Positions 21,101 through 31,059 of a DNA stretch of 64,000 bases are shown piece by piece. The notes below the pieces were generated by a model, which saw nothing but the letters and a program-made list of their open reading frames with translations, did no database searches and was not told the origin of the DNA. Source of the stretch: Pirellulales bacterium (GTDB taxonomy: Bacteria; Planctomycetota; Planctomycetia; Pirellulales; PALSA-1355); the NCBI GenBank assembly GCA_963733035.1, contig CAVTBU010000005.1:416001-480000 (forward strand), given 5' to 3'. Positions within the stretch are counted from its first letter, which is position 1; every line of letters begins with the position of its first letter. The position numbers and the translations under genes are program-made.

Positions 21101-21143
21101 CAAATAAAAAAGGACCTCACCGCGAAATTCACGGACAGGTCCC
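21101..21143 (-). terminator. Intrinsic terminator in the 5' leader of the DUF1573 gene
   Basis: Minus strand GGACCT-GT-CCGTGA-ATT-TCGCGG-TG-AGGTCC-TTTTTTATTT. Confidence 0.65.
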
Positions 21144-21393
21144 TGCGATTGGCGCAAAAATAAATTTCAGTTGTTTTCATAATCGAGTCTAACCGGCGGG
21201 TTTGGAAAGTCAAATTTACGGGCTATTGTGCGTGAGGTAATTTGTTCGCCGTGGGTAAATAAATCCGATTGGCGAACGGACGACGCCCACTCTGGCTCGC
21301 CGGCGATCCGCAATAAACGACATTCGCCGCATGCGCCGCGCGTGCGCCCACGGTTTCTGACGAAATGCAAAGCTCGGGCCAATTGGCCTCAAG

Positions 21394-22967
21394 TCAGGGA
21401 GAATTCGAGCCGACGTGGCCGGAATCGGCCTCGCCGGCCGGCGCAGCGCTGGGACGCAATCGCGTCGCTCGGCCTTTGGCCCAGTCGTTTTGAGCCTTGA
21501 GACGCTGCATCCCTTTTTGAAAGTAGTGCGTGCTCAAAGAATCGAAGTGCGCCGCGTACCGCTCGCGCTTAACGGCTTGCCAATCGTCGCTCGGATGCAG
21601 GACGCCTAGCGCGACGAGCATTTCAGCCAGTTTGTCGGCCAGCAGTTGATGCCCCTCGAACTTCGGATGCACATGATCGACGAACCAGTCGGCGCCGGAA
21701 TTCCGTTCGCGCTGACGGACTCGAACAGCGCGACGGCATCAAGCAGTGGCAAGTCGGATTCGTCCGCCACCTTTAACACTACTTCGTTCATCGGCTGCAA
21801 GATACGCAAGGGACAGACGTCGAGTTCTTTCGCCTGCTGGTATGCGGCTTTGGCCTCATCGAGTTTCTCGAGCGATTCCAAGCACTGGGCCAGACTATAG
21901 AACGCACCGGCGTGCCGTGCGTCGAGTTGGCAGGCCTGCCGGAATTCGCTCAAAGCCTGATAGGGATCATAGTGCTCGCGGCGCAGGTGGCGGTGGGCCG
22001 ATTCAATCAAGGCGTCCCACCGGTCAACTGCTTCGGCCGGAAGTTTGGGGTCGTGCTCGGCCTTGAATGGCGGGCAATCTCGCAAATTGCAAGGCGGATT
22101 AACAAGCCAGATCGGCACGCCGCGCTCGCGAGCCATCCGTACCATGCGACGCAGATTGAATTCGTATTGCCCGATGACGCTGGCGTGCCAGGCGTCGTCG
22201 AGGTGGTATTGTTCGAGCCCGCCGCGATAATCCAGCAAGGTCTCCACCTCGGTCGGCAAGACTGGCCGACCTGCTGGGGGATCTTGCGACGAGATTCCCT
22301 GCAATCGCAGATAACCTTCTCGCAACAGCGTAAACGTGCGCAACCGCGAGGCCAACTCGATGGACTCGTTGACAAGTGCGCCCTGCGCGGCGACGTGATC
22401 CAGCGTGCGGGCTTCGAGAAACTCGTTGTGCCCGGTGTAGACGATGATCAGATCGGGCTCATAGTCAAGCACTTCCTGGAGGATCGGCACGAGGCGATAA
22501 CTTGCGTACGACACTCCCCCGCAATTGACCACTCGCCAGGTGCGAGTCGGCTCGGCCGCCTTGAGACTGATCTCCAGCCAGGTGGAGAACGCCGTTTGAA
22601 TATGAAACGGACTCCCCTGCACCGACGATCCGCCCAGACAGAAAATTCGGAACTCATCGTCGGCCTTCTGGGCAGCAAATGAGTCGGCGCAGAAATAGAC
22701 CTGGCGAGCCTTGGGAATCTCCATCCGCGTGCCGTCGTCGCTGGGAACAAACAGGGGCTTGACGGCACGGAAGCCGACAAACGGGTCATCGTGCAGACTG
22801 GGCCGCCCCCAATCGAAGACCACGCAGGCCGCTTCGAAGCCGACCAACGGCAAAAGCCCCAGCAGCAGGGCCGCCAACCGAAAGACCCAGCGACGACGAG
22901 CTGAAACAGGAGACGCCCCACCCGTCTGTGTCCGACCTGCCTCGACGATCACGGTGTCGCCTGCCAT
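21394..22967 (-). CDS. Membrane-anchored SGNH/GDSL hydrolase with TPR (frameshift at ~21696, probably a sequencing error)
   Basis: LGGSSVQG, NCGGVSYAS, GHNEF; adding one base restores NGIPGADWFVDHVHP (DxxH) and joins ORF 21394..21672. Confidence 0.85.
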
Positions 22968-23101
22968 GACGTCTATTGTAATGTGCATGGACGACTACCG
23001 GGACAGAATCGCCCGGCCCTGCATTTGACACCGATCGAGCTTGGATTTGCGCGCCGAACTGGCGAAAATGCGCGCCAAGCATCCTAACCTGGAGAAGTCC
23101 A

Positions 23102-23311
23102 TTGCCCGACCACGCCGATCCACCCTCGCCGGCCGACGACCTCGAGCGTCGGGTGCAGACGCGGCAACCGACGCTCGTGGAAGAGTTTTGGCAGTTCCTC
23201 CGCCACAACAAGAAGTGGTGGCTGCTGCCGATTCTGGTCGCCCTGTTGCTGTTGGGCACGCTGGTCGTGCTCAGCGGAACGGCATTGGCGCCGTTCATGT
23301 ATCCGCTGTGA
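23102..23311 (+). CDS. DUF5989 (SxtK-like) small membrane protein
   Basis: EFWQFLRHNKKWWLLPI...APFMYPL. Confidence 0.85.
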   Translation: MPDHADPPSPADDLERRVQTRQPTLVEEFWQFLRHNKKWWLLPILVALLLLGTLVVLSGTALAPFMYPL

Positions 23312-23494
23312 GGCGCGCCACGGAGTTCAAGGCGGAGCGCACTGAAACCATCCGGCCCGCCCGATAGCCGAGCAGTGCTGCGGAGGCGGCTTGCTGGGCT
23401 CCGGCGATAAGCGACTCGTACGGTGGCCCCCGATCGGCCATGAAAAACTGGTGCCAACGGCTCGGCGAAGCGATGCGAAGCGTCGGGTTGCCCG

Positions 23495-24883
23495 TCATGG
23501 CATACTGCATGCTTCCATGCCGACGCAATCCGTGTCGGCCGCTTCGACGTCAACCGACGCACCGAGCACTTCCATCACGCGGGCGAAGCGGACGTCGACG
23601 TCCATGCGGTCGGCCGCCTCGGGCATGCTTCTGTCGCAGGCATGGCGAATTAATCTGGCGTGCCGTGCCAGGGCTGCGCGGTCTGCCGGGCGGCGGGCCA
23701 CGTGGCTAACCGTTGCCACGGCTTCCAGCATGTGGATCATCACCGACGCGCTGGAGCTGCCGTACTGGCGGATTTGATTGAACGCGGCATCCGCGACGTC
23801 GGAAAACGAAACGGCGCGGGTAATAACTCGCAGCTTATGCTCGTCGTCACAGTGATAGGGAGAAGGCATCTTGCGGCGGACCAGTCGTCCGAGCGATTCG
23901 GCCAGCCAGTCGAGGCAGGTGACGGCAGTGAACGGGTCGTTGATTCCCGGCGACAGGGCGCGCACAGCCACCTCGACCATTTGGTCGATGGTGAACTCGA
24001 TATCCTGGTAAGCGGTCCGGTGCAGCTCGAGCAGGAAGGCTTCGTTGAGCCTGCGCTCGAGATCGCCATCGACTTTCTCCGCCGGCCAGATCAGCGCCAG
24101 CGGTTTGCCCTCAATCGTGAAATGGCCGGGCCGGCGCATGAGCCGCACGATGACATCCCGCTCTTTGGCCAGCTTCACCAGGCTGTCGTAGTCGATCGCC
24201 GCGACGTAGCCGTGACCGCGCGACACCACGTCGCGGCCCTGGCGTTCAAAATCATCGGGCAATTGCTCGCAATCGGCCTCTGAAAGGTCGACGTCCTCGT
24301 CCCCCAGCGCTTCGGGCCACAAACTATTGAGGGTTTGGTGCATCTCCTCACTTACCACGGCGATGATGTTGTTGGCCTGGATCGAAACCGCAACGTGGTG
24401 GATGAACCAGATCAGCACGCCCAAGCTGGCCAACGCCAAAAGGATGCCGGCCGCCACCGTGATGCCGGGAACGAACTCCGTTTCGTCGACGCCGTGGACG
24501 CTGCGCAGCGCCAGCAAACAGAAAACGAACGTGCCGGTGAACACACCCAGCACGACCTGGTTGTTGCGGTCGCGGATGAAATTGCGCAATAGCCGCGGGC
24601 CGAACTGGCCGGAGGCCAGCGAGAGGGCCACGATCGTAATCGAAAACACCACGCCGGCCACGGTAATCATCGAGCCGGCAATCGTGGAGAGAACGGCTCG
24701 AGCTCCCTGGGGGCCACCGGTATAGATCCACCATACTTGCTTGGTATTGCCAGTTACTCGGATCGTGTGGTCCAGGGTGATCAGGGCGATCGCCAGGGCG
24801 ATCGCCGCCAGATTCAGCACCATCGGTACGAACCAGTAGCTCGTACGCAGCGAATCCCAGAAGTAGAGTCGTCGGGTCCGCAT
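23495..24883 (-). CDS. DUF2254 domain membrane protein
   Basis: SYWFVP, ASGQFGPRLL, RALSPGINDPFTA, QIRQYG. Confidence 0.9.
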   Translation of the reverse strand: MRTRRLYFWDSLRTSYWFVPMVLNLAAIALAIALITLDHTIRVTGNTKQVWWIYTGGPQGARAVLSTIAGSMITVAGVVFSITIVALSLASGQFGPRLLRNFIRDRNNQVVLGVFTGTFVFCLLALRSVHGVDETEFVPGITVAAGILLALASLGVLIWFIHHVAVSIQANNIIAVVSEEMHQTLNSLWPEALGDEDVDLSEADCEQLPDDFERQGRDVVSRGHGYVAAIDYDSLVKLAKERDVIVRLMRRPGHFTIEGKPLALIWPAEKVDGDLERRLNEAFLLELHRTAYQDIEFTIDQMVEVAVRALSPGINDPFTAVTCLDWLAESLGRLVRRKMPSPYHCDDEHKLRVITRAVSFSDVADAAFNQIRQYGSSSASVMIHMLEAVATVSHVARRPADRAALARHARLIRHACDRSMPEAADRMDVDVRFARVMEVLGASVDVEAADTDCVGMEACSMP

Positions 24884-25374
24884 CAGAATACGCCTGAAAA
24901 ACTCCCTTTCCAAACCGCCGAGGCCGGACTAAAAGATACGTCATGGATCGCGCAGGCCGTCCCTCTCCGACGGCCGGAAACAGCGCGCCTCAATAGCCCT
25001 TCAACACGTCAGTTGCAAAGCGGCAAATGCATGGAACGTGCGAATGAGTACCGGAGCGGGCAAATCACGCAGATCGGGATGAGGCAGTCTGACCTCCCCA
25101 CGAAGCTTGTGCAGACTCAACCGCTTTGTGCGGCCGCGACATCCAATCGCCCAGGCACCGCGTCTTGCGCTGCCTGCGCGGAATAAAGTGGCACAAGCAA
25201 GCCACGATCCGCGTAAAATACGGCCGCTGAGTTCGGTTGCGAGTTTAAGGCTTGCCCGATAGAATCCCTGAACCGTGCAAAGTAGGACGTTGAGCCCCGA
25301 ATCGCGCTCAATCGAGTGCCAAGGCCCCTCACCAGGATCGCAAGTTGTTATCCTGAAAAGTGAAACGTCAACCT

Positions 25375-25451
<77 letters not shown>

Positions 25452-25660
25452 CAATCCGTGACGGCGCCATGCTTTGCGTCGTCGGCCTCATCGAGCCAGC
25501 GACTCGGTTCGCGACGCCGACGCTTTCGATCGGCCACAGAGTGCGCCGGCGCTCGCCTTCGACGGTTAGCAGTTCGAGCCGGGCTTCTGGATGGCTTTAC
25601 CGCTCGCGAAAGGCGCAAAGACCCTCGACGACGTAACAACGGAGGCTTGCAGGCCACATC

Positions 25661-26479
25661 ATGTGTCGCTGGATCGCCTATCTCGGTTCGCCGCTACCCA
25701 TGGAGGAGCTAATCCTCAAGCCCAAGTACTCGCTCATCGAGCAGAGTTACGCTAGCCGAGAGGGAGTCGAACCTACGAACGGCGACGGGTTCGGCGTCGG
25801 CTGGTACGGTGACGATTTGGACGCCGGCGTCTTCAAATCCATCGAGCCCGCCTGGAACGACCGCAACCTGGCCTCGATTGCCAAACATATTCGTTCGCAC
25901 TTGTTCCTGGCGCATGTGCGGGCCACCACCGGTACTCCGATTCAGCAAACGAACTGTCACCCGTTTTCCAAGCGGAACTGGCTGTTCGTGCACAATGGCT
26001 TGATACGCGAGTACCACCAGGTAAGACGCGACTTGGCGTTCGCAATCGACCCGTCGCTGTTCCCAAGCATCGAGGGCACAACCGACACGGAACTGATGTT
26101 CAACCTGGCCCTTACCTTTGGGCTGGAGTCCGACCCCATGCCCGCGCTCGAAAAAATGGCCGGCTTCGTGGAGCAAGTGGGACACGATCACGGCGTCGAA
26201 TTCCCGCTGCAAATGACACTTGGCATCAGTGATGGAAAGCGGCTCTACGCCGTTCGATACTCCTCGGAACACCAGTCTCGAAGTCTCTATCACAGCACCC
26301 ACATCGAAGCACTCAAACAACTCAATCCGGACCTGAGCCAGTTCTCCCGGGACTCCAGAGCCGTCGTTTCGGAACCGCTGGACGACATGCAAGAACTTTG
26401 GGTGCCGGTGCCGGAATCGTCCGCGGTGGTAATAGCCGATGGCCGGATTGACGTACGGAATTTCGTTCCGCGCATTTAG
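25661..26479 (+). CDS. Class II glutamine amidotransferase (EgtC/YafJ-like)
   Basis: MCRWIAY (Cys2), NGDGFGVGWY, AHVRA, NCHPF, HNG, GTTDTE. Confidence 0.92.
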   Translation: MCRWIAYLGSPLPMEELILKPKYSLIEQSYASREGVEPTNGDGFGVGWYGDDLDAGVFKSIEPAWNDRNLASIAKHIRSHLFLAHVRATTGTPIQQTNCHPFSKRNWLFVHNGLIREYHQVRRDLAFAIDPSLFPSIEGTTDTELMFNLALTFGLESDPMPALEKMAGFVEQVGHDHGVEFPLQMTLGISDGKRLYAVRYSSEHQSRSLYHSTHIEALKQLNPDLSQFSRDSRAVVSEPLDDMQELWVPVPESSAVVIADGRIDVRNFVPRI

Positions 26480-26658
26480 CGGTTGTTTTGAACCGACTGA
26501 ACCAGGTCCTCGAGGACCCTGGGACCGCTGGGAGACCTCGTCGCTTTGAGTGCCAAATTCGGCCTGCCTCGGAACGTGGCCGGGTGTCTGGATTTGACAA
26601 ATCGCCAAAATGGCCGCCTTTGGCAGTTCCTGAGTCGGAATTCACGACCATCAACCTG

Positions 26659-26713
26659 TTGACGTACACTCCGGGCGGTGTAGAATACAGCCAGTATTTG
26701 ATACTGAGTCTCA
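26659..26713 (+). promoter_or_regulatory. sigma70-type promoter followed by a Fur-like 7-1-7 box
   Basis: TTGACG-N16-TAGAAT; TGATACT-G-AGTCTCA at 26699-26713. Confidence 0.45.
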
Positions 26714-26766
26714 GTTACAACTTGATAGCTACTTTCGCCGGATTCGGCAGGCCCTCTCCGAGGCGC

Positions 26767-27498
26767 ATGATGTACGACGCCAAACCAGACGAAAACTTTC
26801 CCGGCCCGGCCGAGATCGACCGGCAAATGAGCGATTTGGGCCGCCGGCTAAGAGTCGATCCCGACGCCGGGCGCCTATGGGAGCAACTGGGCATCCTGCA
26901 ATTTGATCGCAACCAGCGGGCCGCCCTTGCGTCACTGGAAACGGCCAGCCTGCTCGTGCCATTGACCCAGCAAGGCCAAATGACCTTGGCCGACTGCTAT
27001 GCGACCGCCGGTTACCCGCAAACGGCTCGTGCTATCTATCGGCATTTGGCCGCGACCAACGATCTGGCAACCGAAATGCTGCCTGACCTGGCCACTGGGC
27101 TGGAACGAGTCGGCCTGTGCGAGTTGGCGCTTGCCGTATGCCGCGATGCGGCCCGGCGGATGCCGGGCTCGGTGGTGCCGCTATTGGGCATCGCGCGTTG
27201 TTTGCGCCGGCTGCGCCGCCCGGCGGCCACGGTACTCCCCTATCTAACGCGCGCGATGGCTCTCGATCCTGCGAACACCGAGTGCCGCATCTCGCTCGCA
27301 TGGACCCTGCACGCGTGTGGTCGTAGCGGCGAAGGCGCCGAAATGCTCGACGGCATTCACGTCGCCACCGTCGAATGCGTCCCTTCGTTGACGCGCATGC
27401 ACCGTGTGTTCGAAGCCGCAGACGAGCAACAGGGTGCAAAGGCGTGCAAATATCGACTCGAAGCATTGGCCGCCCAGCGCTGGCGACATCGCCCATAG
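26767..27498 (+). CDS. Tetratricopeptide repeat protein
   Basis: GAGG RBS before ATG 26767; TPR-like helices (WEQLG, LADCY, RAMALDPANTECRISLA). Confidence 0.7.
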   Translation: MMYDAKPDENFPGPAEIDRQMSDLGRRLRVDPDAGRLWEQLGILQFDRNQRAALASLETASLLVPLTQQGQMTLADCYATAGYPQTARAIYRHLAATNDLATEMLPDLATGLERVGLCELALAVCRDAARRMPGSVVPLLGIARCLRRLRRPAATVLPYLTRAMALDPANTECRISLAWTLHACGRSGEGAEMLDGIHVATVECVPSLTRMHRVFEAADEQQGAKACKYRLEALAAQRWRHRP

Positions 27499-27921
27499 AC
27501 AACAACCCCCCGTCTGGTCTCCGGTTTGGGCAAACCATCGCGGTGATGATGAGCAAGGACGCCTCGATCTCGGCACCTGCGGTTGAATGAGCTGCATTCG
27601 GATCTATCGCTTCGCGCACGGCGGCATGCACACAAGCCGGCGTCAGGATCAAGTAACTCAACGCTCCGCTTCTCCTTTTTGATTGTCAAAAACCCGTGAC
27701 AATCTCGACCCGCTTTCGCCCCAAGAAGACATGCGGAAGTGTGACAGCACGTCGCACGACAAGCATTGTCGCGAAACGTCCGCATGCAACGCGACAGTGG
27801 CGAAAAACGATCCCGGGCGCTCGTTAACGAATTCGCAAGGTAATCGCGATCGTGTCACTTTCGGTAATGGGCGGGAAGGCGACGCGCCGCGATAAAATGG
27901 AACTTTTCGAGGTGACTACTC

Positions 27922-29382
27922 ATGATCGACCCTTCACGAATTGTCGAGTCGGCTCTACGACGCAAACAGGCGCGGAATTCGAAACGGCGCAAAGCACGCA
28001 AGCAATCGCGAACTAGTCGCTCGCCTTTGCGATCCTACGAGTCGCTGGAAGCCCGAGAGCTACTCACCGTGACTTATCATGGTGGACAACTGCTGCAGCA
28101 AGTCGAGGCCCAGGCGGTCTATCTCGGATCGGATTGGAACACGAACTCCTCGCTCAAAAACCAGACCCAGTCCGTCGACCAGTTCGTCAGCTATCTGGTT
28201 CAAAGCCCCTACATGGACATGCTTACGCAGGCGGGATACGGCGTCGGCGAAGGGTCAGCGACCACGGGTCAGTTGCTGAATGCGAGCCTCAACAAATCGG
28301 CGGGGATCAGCGATGCGCAGATCCAGGCCGACCTTCAGTCGGCGATCAGCTCTTCACAGCTGGCCACACCCGATCCCAATCGGCTATACGTCGTTTATGT
28401 CGAACCGGGAGTCGTGATCAAGAACGGTAGCGAGACCAGCCAAAACACGTTCCTGGGTTATCACGGAGCGTTTGCCGGCAAAGACGCATCGGGCAAGTCG
28501 GTCGATATCCACTACGCGGTCATAGCTTACCCCGGTGGTTCTAATCCAACCTCCCGCTCGCAGGGATTCTCCACGGACTTCAATCAACTGACGGACGTCA
28601 CTTCGCACGAACTGGCCGAGGCCGTCGTCGACCCGAACGTCAATTACAAGACGCTAGGCTGGTACGACGATCGGCTGAATGGTGAGATTGGCGATCTGAC
28701 GAGCCGGACGACCGTGCTGAACGGGTACGTTGTGCAGGACCTGGTGAACAAGAACGATCAGCTCATCGTGCCGGTGGCGACCACGCCAACGTCACTTACC
28801 TCACCGCAAAACGTTTCGGTCACGGCAGTCACTTCCACGCAGGCAACGGTCTCCTGGACCGGCGTCACGGGAGCCGCCGGATATCGCGTCTATCTCGTCG
28901 ACGGCAGCGGCGGCACAACATTGCTGACCACGGTCGGCCCCTCCAGCACGTCAGCTACGATAAAGGGGCTGACACCCGGTGCAACGGAGTCGTTCAAGGT
29001 GGAAGCGTATAGCGGTACCACGGTGGCCGACTCGAACGTGGCAAGCGTAACGATGCCCGACCAAAGCGCATTGGGCTCGCCCAACGCCGTAGCGACGGCT
29101 ATCTCGTACCGAAGCGTGCAGCTTTCGTGGGGCGCCGTCGACGGCGCGGATGGATACCGCATTTACTGGATGAATGGAACGCAAGCCGTGCTGCTGGGCA
29201 CCGTGAGCTCCAGCACGAACTCGGTTCTCGTGACAGGCTTCACTGGCGGATCGACGGCGCAATTGATGGTCGAGGCCTTTAGCGGCAGCCTGGTCGCGGA
29301 TTCAATCTGGACCAGCGTCACCACACCCGCCCAACCCCAATCGTTTTGGGGCAATTGGTGGTGGTGGGGTTGGTGGGGATAA
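27922..29382 (+). CDS. Planctomycete extracellular protein: LEPR-XLL-like motif, HExxE domain, two FN3 domains, Trp-rich tail
   Basis: ESLEARELL; TYHGG..GYH..SHELAEAVVDP; two SW..V.GA.GYR.Y FN3 repeats; ends FWGNWWWWGWWG. Confidence 0.8.
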   Translation: MIDPSRIVESALRRKQARNSKRRKARKQSRTSRSPLRSYESLEARELLTVTYHGGQLLQQVEAQAVYLGSDWNTNSSLKNQTQSVDQFVSYLVQSPYMDMLTQAGYGVGEGSATTGQLLNASLNKSAGISDAQIQADLQSAISSSQLATPDPNRLYVVYVEPGVVIKNGSETSQNTFLGYHGAFAGKDASGKSVDIHYAVIAYPGGSNPTSRSQGFSTDFNQLTDVTSHELAEAVVDPNVNYKTLGWYDDRLNGEIGDLTSRTTVLNGYVVQDLVNKNDQLIVPVATTPTSLTSPQNVSVTAVTSTQATVSWTGVTGAAGYRVYLVDGSGGTTLLTTVGPSSTSATIKGLTPGATESFKVEAYSGTTVADSNVASVTMPDQSALGSPNAVATAISYRSVQLSWGAVDGADGYRIYWMNGTQAVLLGTVSSSTNSVLVTGFTGGSTAQLMVEAFSGSLVADSIWTSVTTPAQPQSFWGNWWWWGWWG

Positions 29383-29490
29383 GTTTAAACTGCCACGATT
29401 CGGTCCAGCTGGAAGTGTGCCGCAATCCACAAGGATAGCGGAGGCGGCGTGCTTCGAGATTGCGGGGTTCTAATCGCGGTGGTTGTCCGT

Positions 29491-30999
29491 CTAGTTCGCT
29501 TGTTTTCTTGGTTGTCGATCGAATTTCGCCGAGTTCGACCACTTCATTCGCTCGGCCAGTTCCGCGTCCGGACCACCACCAAATTGCTGCCAGTAGAGCG
29601 CCTTCATCGGATTAACGTCCGGTCCCACCGCATCTTCGTTAACCATCCCGGCCCTGGCCTCTTGCCACCAGGCGTCGTAGGCCCGGCGCATGTCGGCTAC
29701 GACCTTGGGATGCTGATCGATGACATTGGTCGTCTCGCCGGGGTCCGATTCAAGATCGTATAGCTCCCGGTTATTGACCAGACGAAAACGCTGATTGCGC
29801 ACCGCACAGTTGGTGTACTTGGCCGCATCGGCCTCGCCGCGATTCCAACGTCCCTGATGCACAAACACGTAACGATCGGGCCAAGCGGCCTGAGGGTCTT
29901 CCAGCAGCGGCAACAGACTGCGCCCGTCGACCTTCACATTGGCTGGAACCTTTGCGCCGGCCAATGCGGCAAACGTCGGAAAGAAGTCGATGTGTGCCGT
30001 GAGTCGGTCAACGTCCACGCCCGCTGGGAGCGTGCCCGGCCAACGCCAAAAGCACGGCACATGCGTTCCACCCTCGTAGGGGGAGCCTTTTGAGGCCCGC
30101 ATGCCGGCGCTGAACAGCCGGGTGTGCGTGCCGCCGTTGTCGGAGATGAAGATCACCAGGGTGTCCTTGGTCTTACCCAATTCGTCGAGTCGGGCAAAAA
30201 GCTGCCCCATGTTGTCGTCAATGTTCGTGATCATCGAATAATAGGCAACATCTTCGGCGTCGAGACGCTTCCCGTCGATCGACTTGCCCGCGTAGAGTTG
30301 GTCGTACTGCTTGCCTGGACTGATGTGCGGGGAGTGCGGAGCGTTAGGCGTGATGTATGCGAAGAACGGCCTATCACCTTTACTTTGGGCACCGATCCAG
30401 CGCAGTGCCTGGGCAAAGAACAGATCCGTGCAGTAGCCTTGCGTTTGCTCGAACTTGCCGTTGTGCAGCAGGGCCGGATTGAAGTAACTGTTGCCGGGCG
30501 CGTCACCGCAACTGCCTGGGTAGGTCTGGCCGATGCCACCGCCGCCGTGAATGTAAACTTCGTCGAAGCCGCGCTTCCCGGGCTGGTACGCGGCCTCGTC
30601 TCCCAGGTGCCACTTACCAAAGATGCCGGTGGTGTATCCGGCCGACTTGAGCACTTGGGCGATCGTCGTGGCCGAAAGCTTCATGCGCTCGCGTTCCAAG
30701 ATCGTGTGTGTTACACCCGACTTGAACTCGTGCCGGCCGGTCATCAGGGAGCACCGCGTTGGCGCGCAAGTCGGACTGACCTGGAAATCGGTAAATCGAA
30801 CGCTTTCGGAATACATGCGATCGAGATTGGGCGTCTTGATAAGCGGATTGCCGTGACAGGCAAGGTCTCCGTAGCCCTGATCGTCCGACATCACCAGAAT
30901 GATATTCGGACGCGAACCGGCGAGGTCCTCGGCCACTAGATCTCCCATTAGGATCGGGGTAAGCAGCAACAGGAAAGCGAGGCCACTCACGTATTTCAT
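29491..30999 (-). CDS. Arylsulfatase (FGly-dependent, S1)
   Basis: SDDQGYGD, CAPTRCSLMTGR, GKWHLG, SDNGG. Confidence 0.95.
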   Translation of the reverse strand: MKYVSGLAFLLLLTPILMGDLVAEDLAGSRPNIILVMSDDQGYGDLACHGNPLIKTPNLDRMYSESVRFTDFQVSPTCAPTRCSLMTGRHEFKSGVTHTILERERMKLSATTIAQVLKSAGYTTGIFGKWHLGDEAAYQPGKRGFDEVYIHGGGGIGQTYPGSCGDAPGNSYFNPALLHNGKFEQTQGYCTDLFFAQALRWIGAQSKGDRPFFAYITPNAPHSPHISPGKQYDQLYAGKSIDGKRLDAEDVAYYSMITNIDDNMGQLFARLDELGKTKDTLVIFISDNGGTHTRLFSAGMRASKGSPYEGGTHVPCFWRWPGTLPAGVDVDRLTAHIDFFPTFAALAGAKVPANVKVDGRSLLPLLEDPQAAWPDRYVFVHQGRWNRGEADAAKYTNCAVRNQRFRLVNNRELYDLESDPGETTNVIDQHPKVVADMRRAYDAWWQEARAGMVNEDAVGPDVNPMKALYWQQFGGGPDAELAERMKWSNSAKFDRQPRKQAN

Positions 31000-31059
31000 T
31001 TCAAACGCCTTGCAATTGGTCCATCTACATTTACAACGCCGCACCGATTTGCCACGACT

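Noticed and set aside
25661..26479. Ergothioneine biosynthesis cluster (egtC)
   Set aside because: No egtA, egtB or egtD nearby; only a family-level call is supported
27730..27786. Hammerhead ribozyme (three stems plus GAAAC)
   Set aside because: No CUGANGA core
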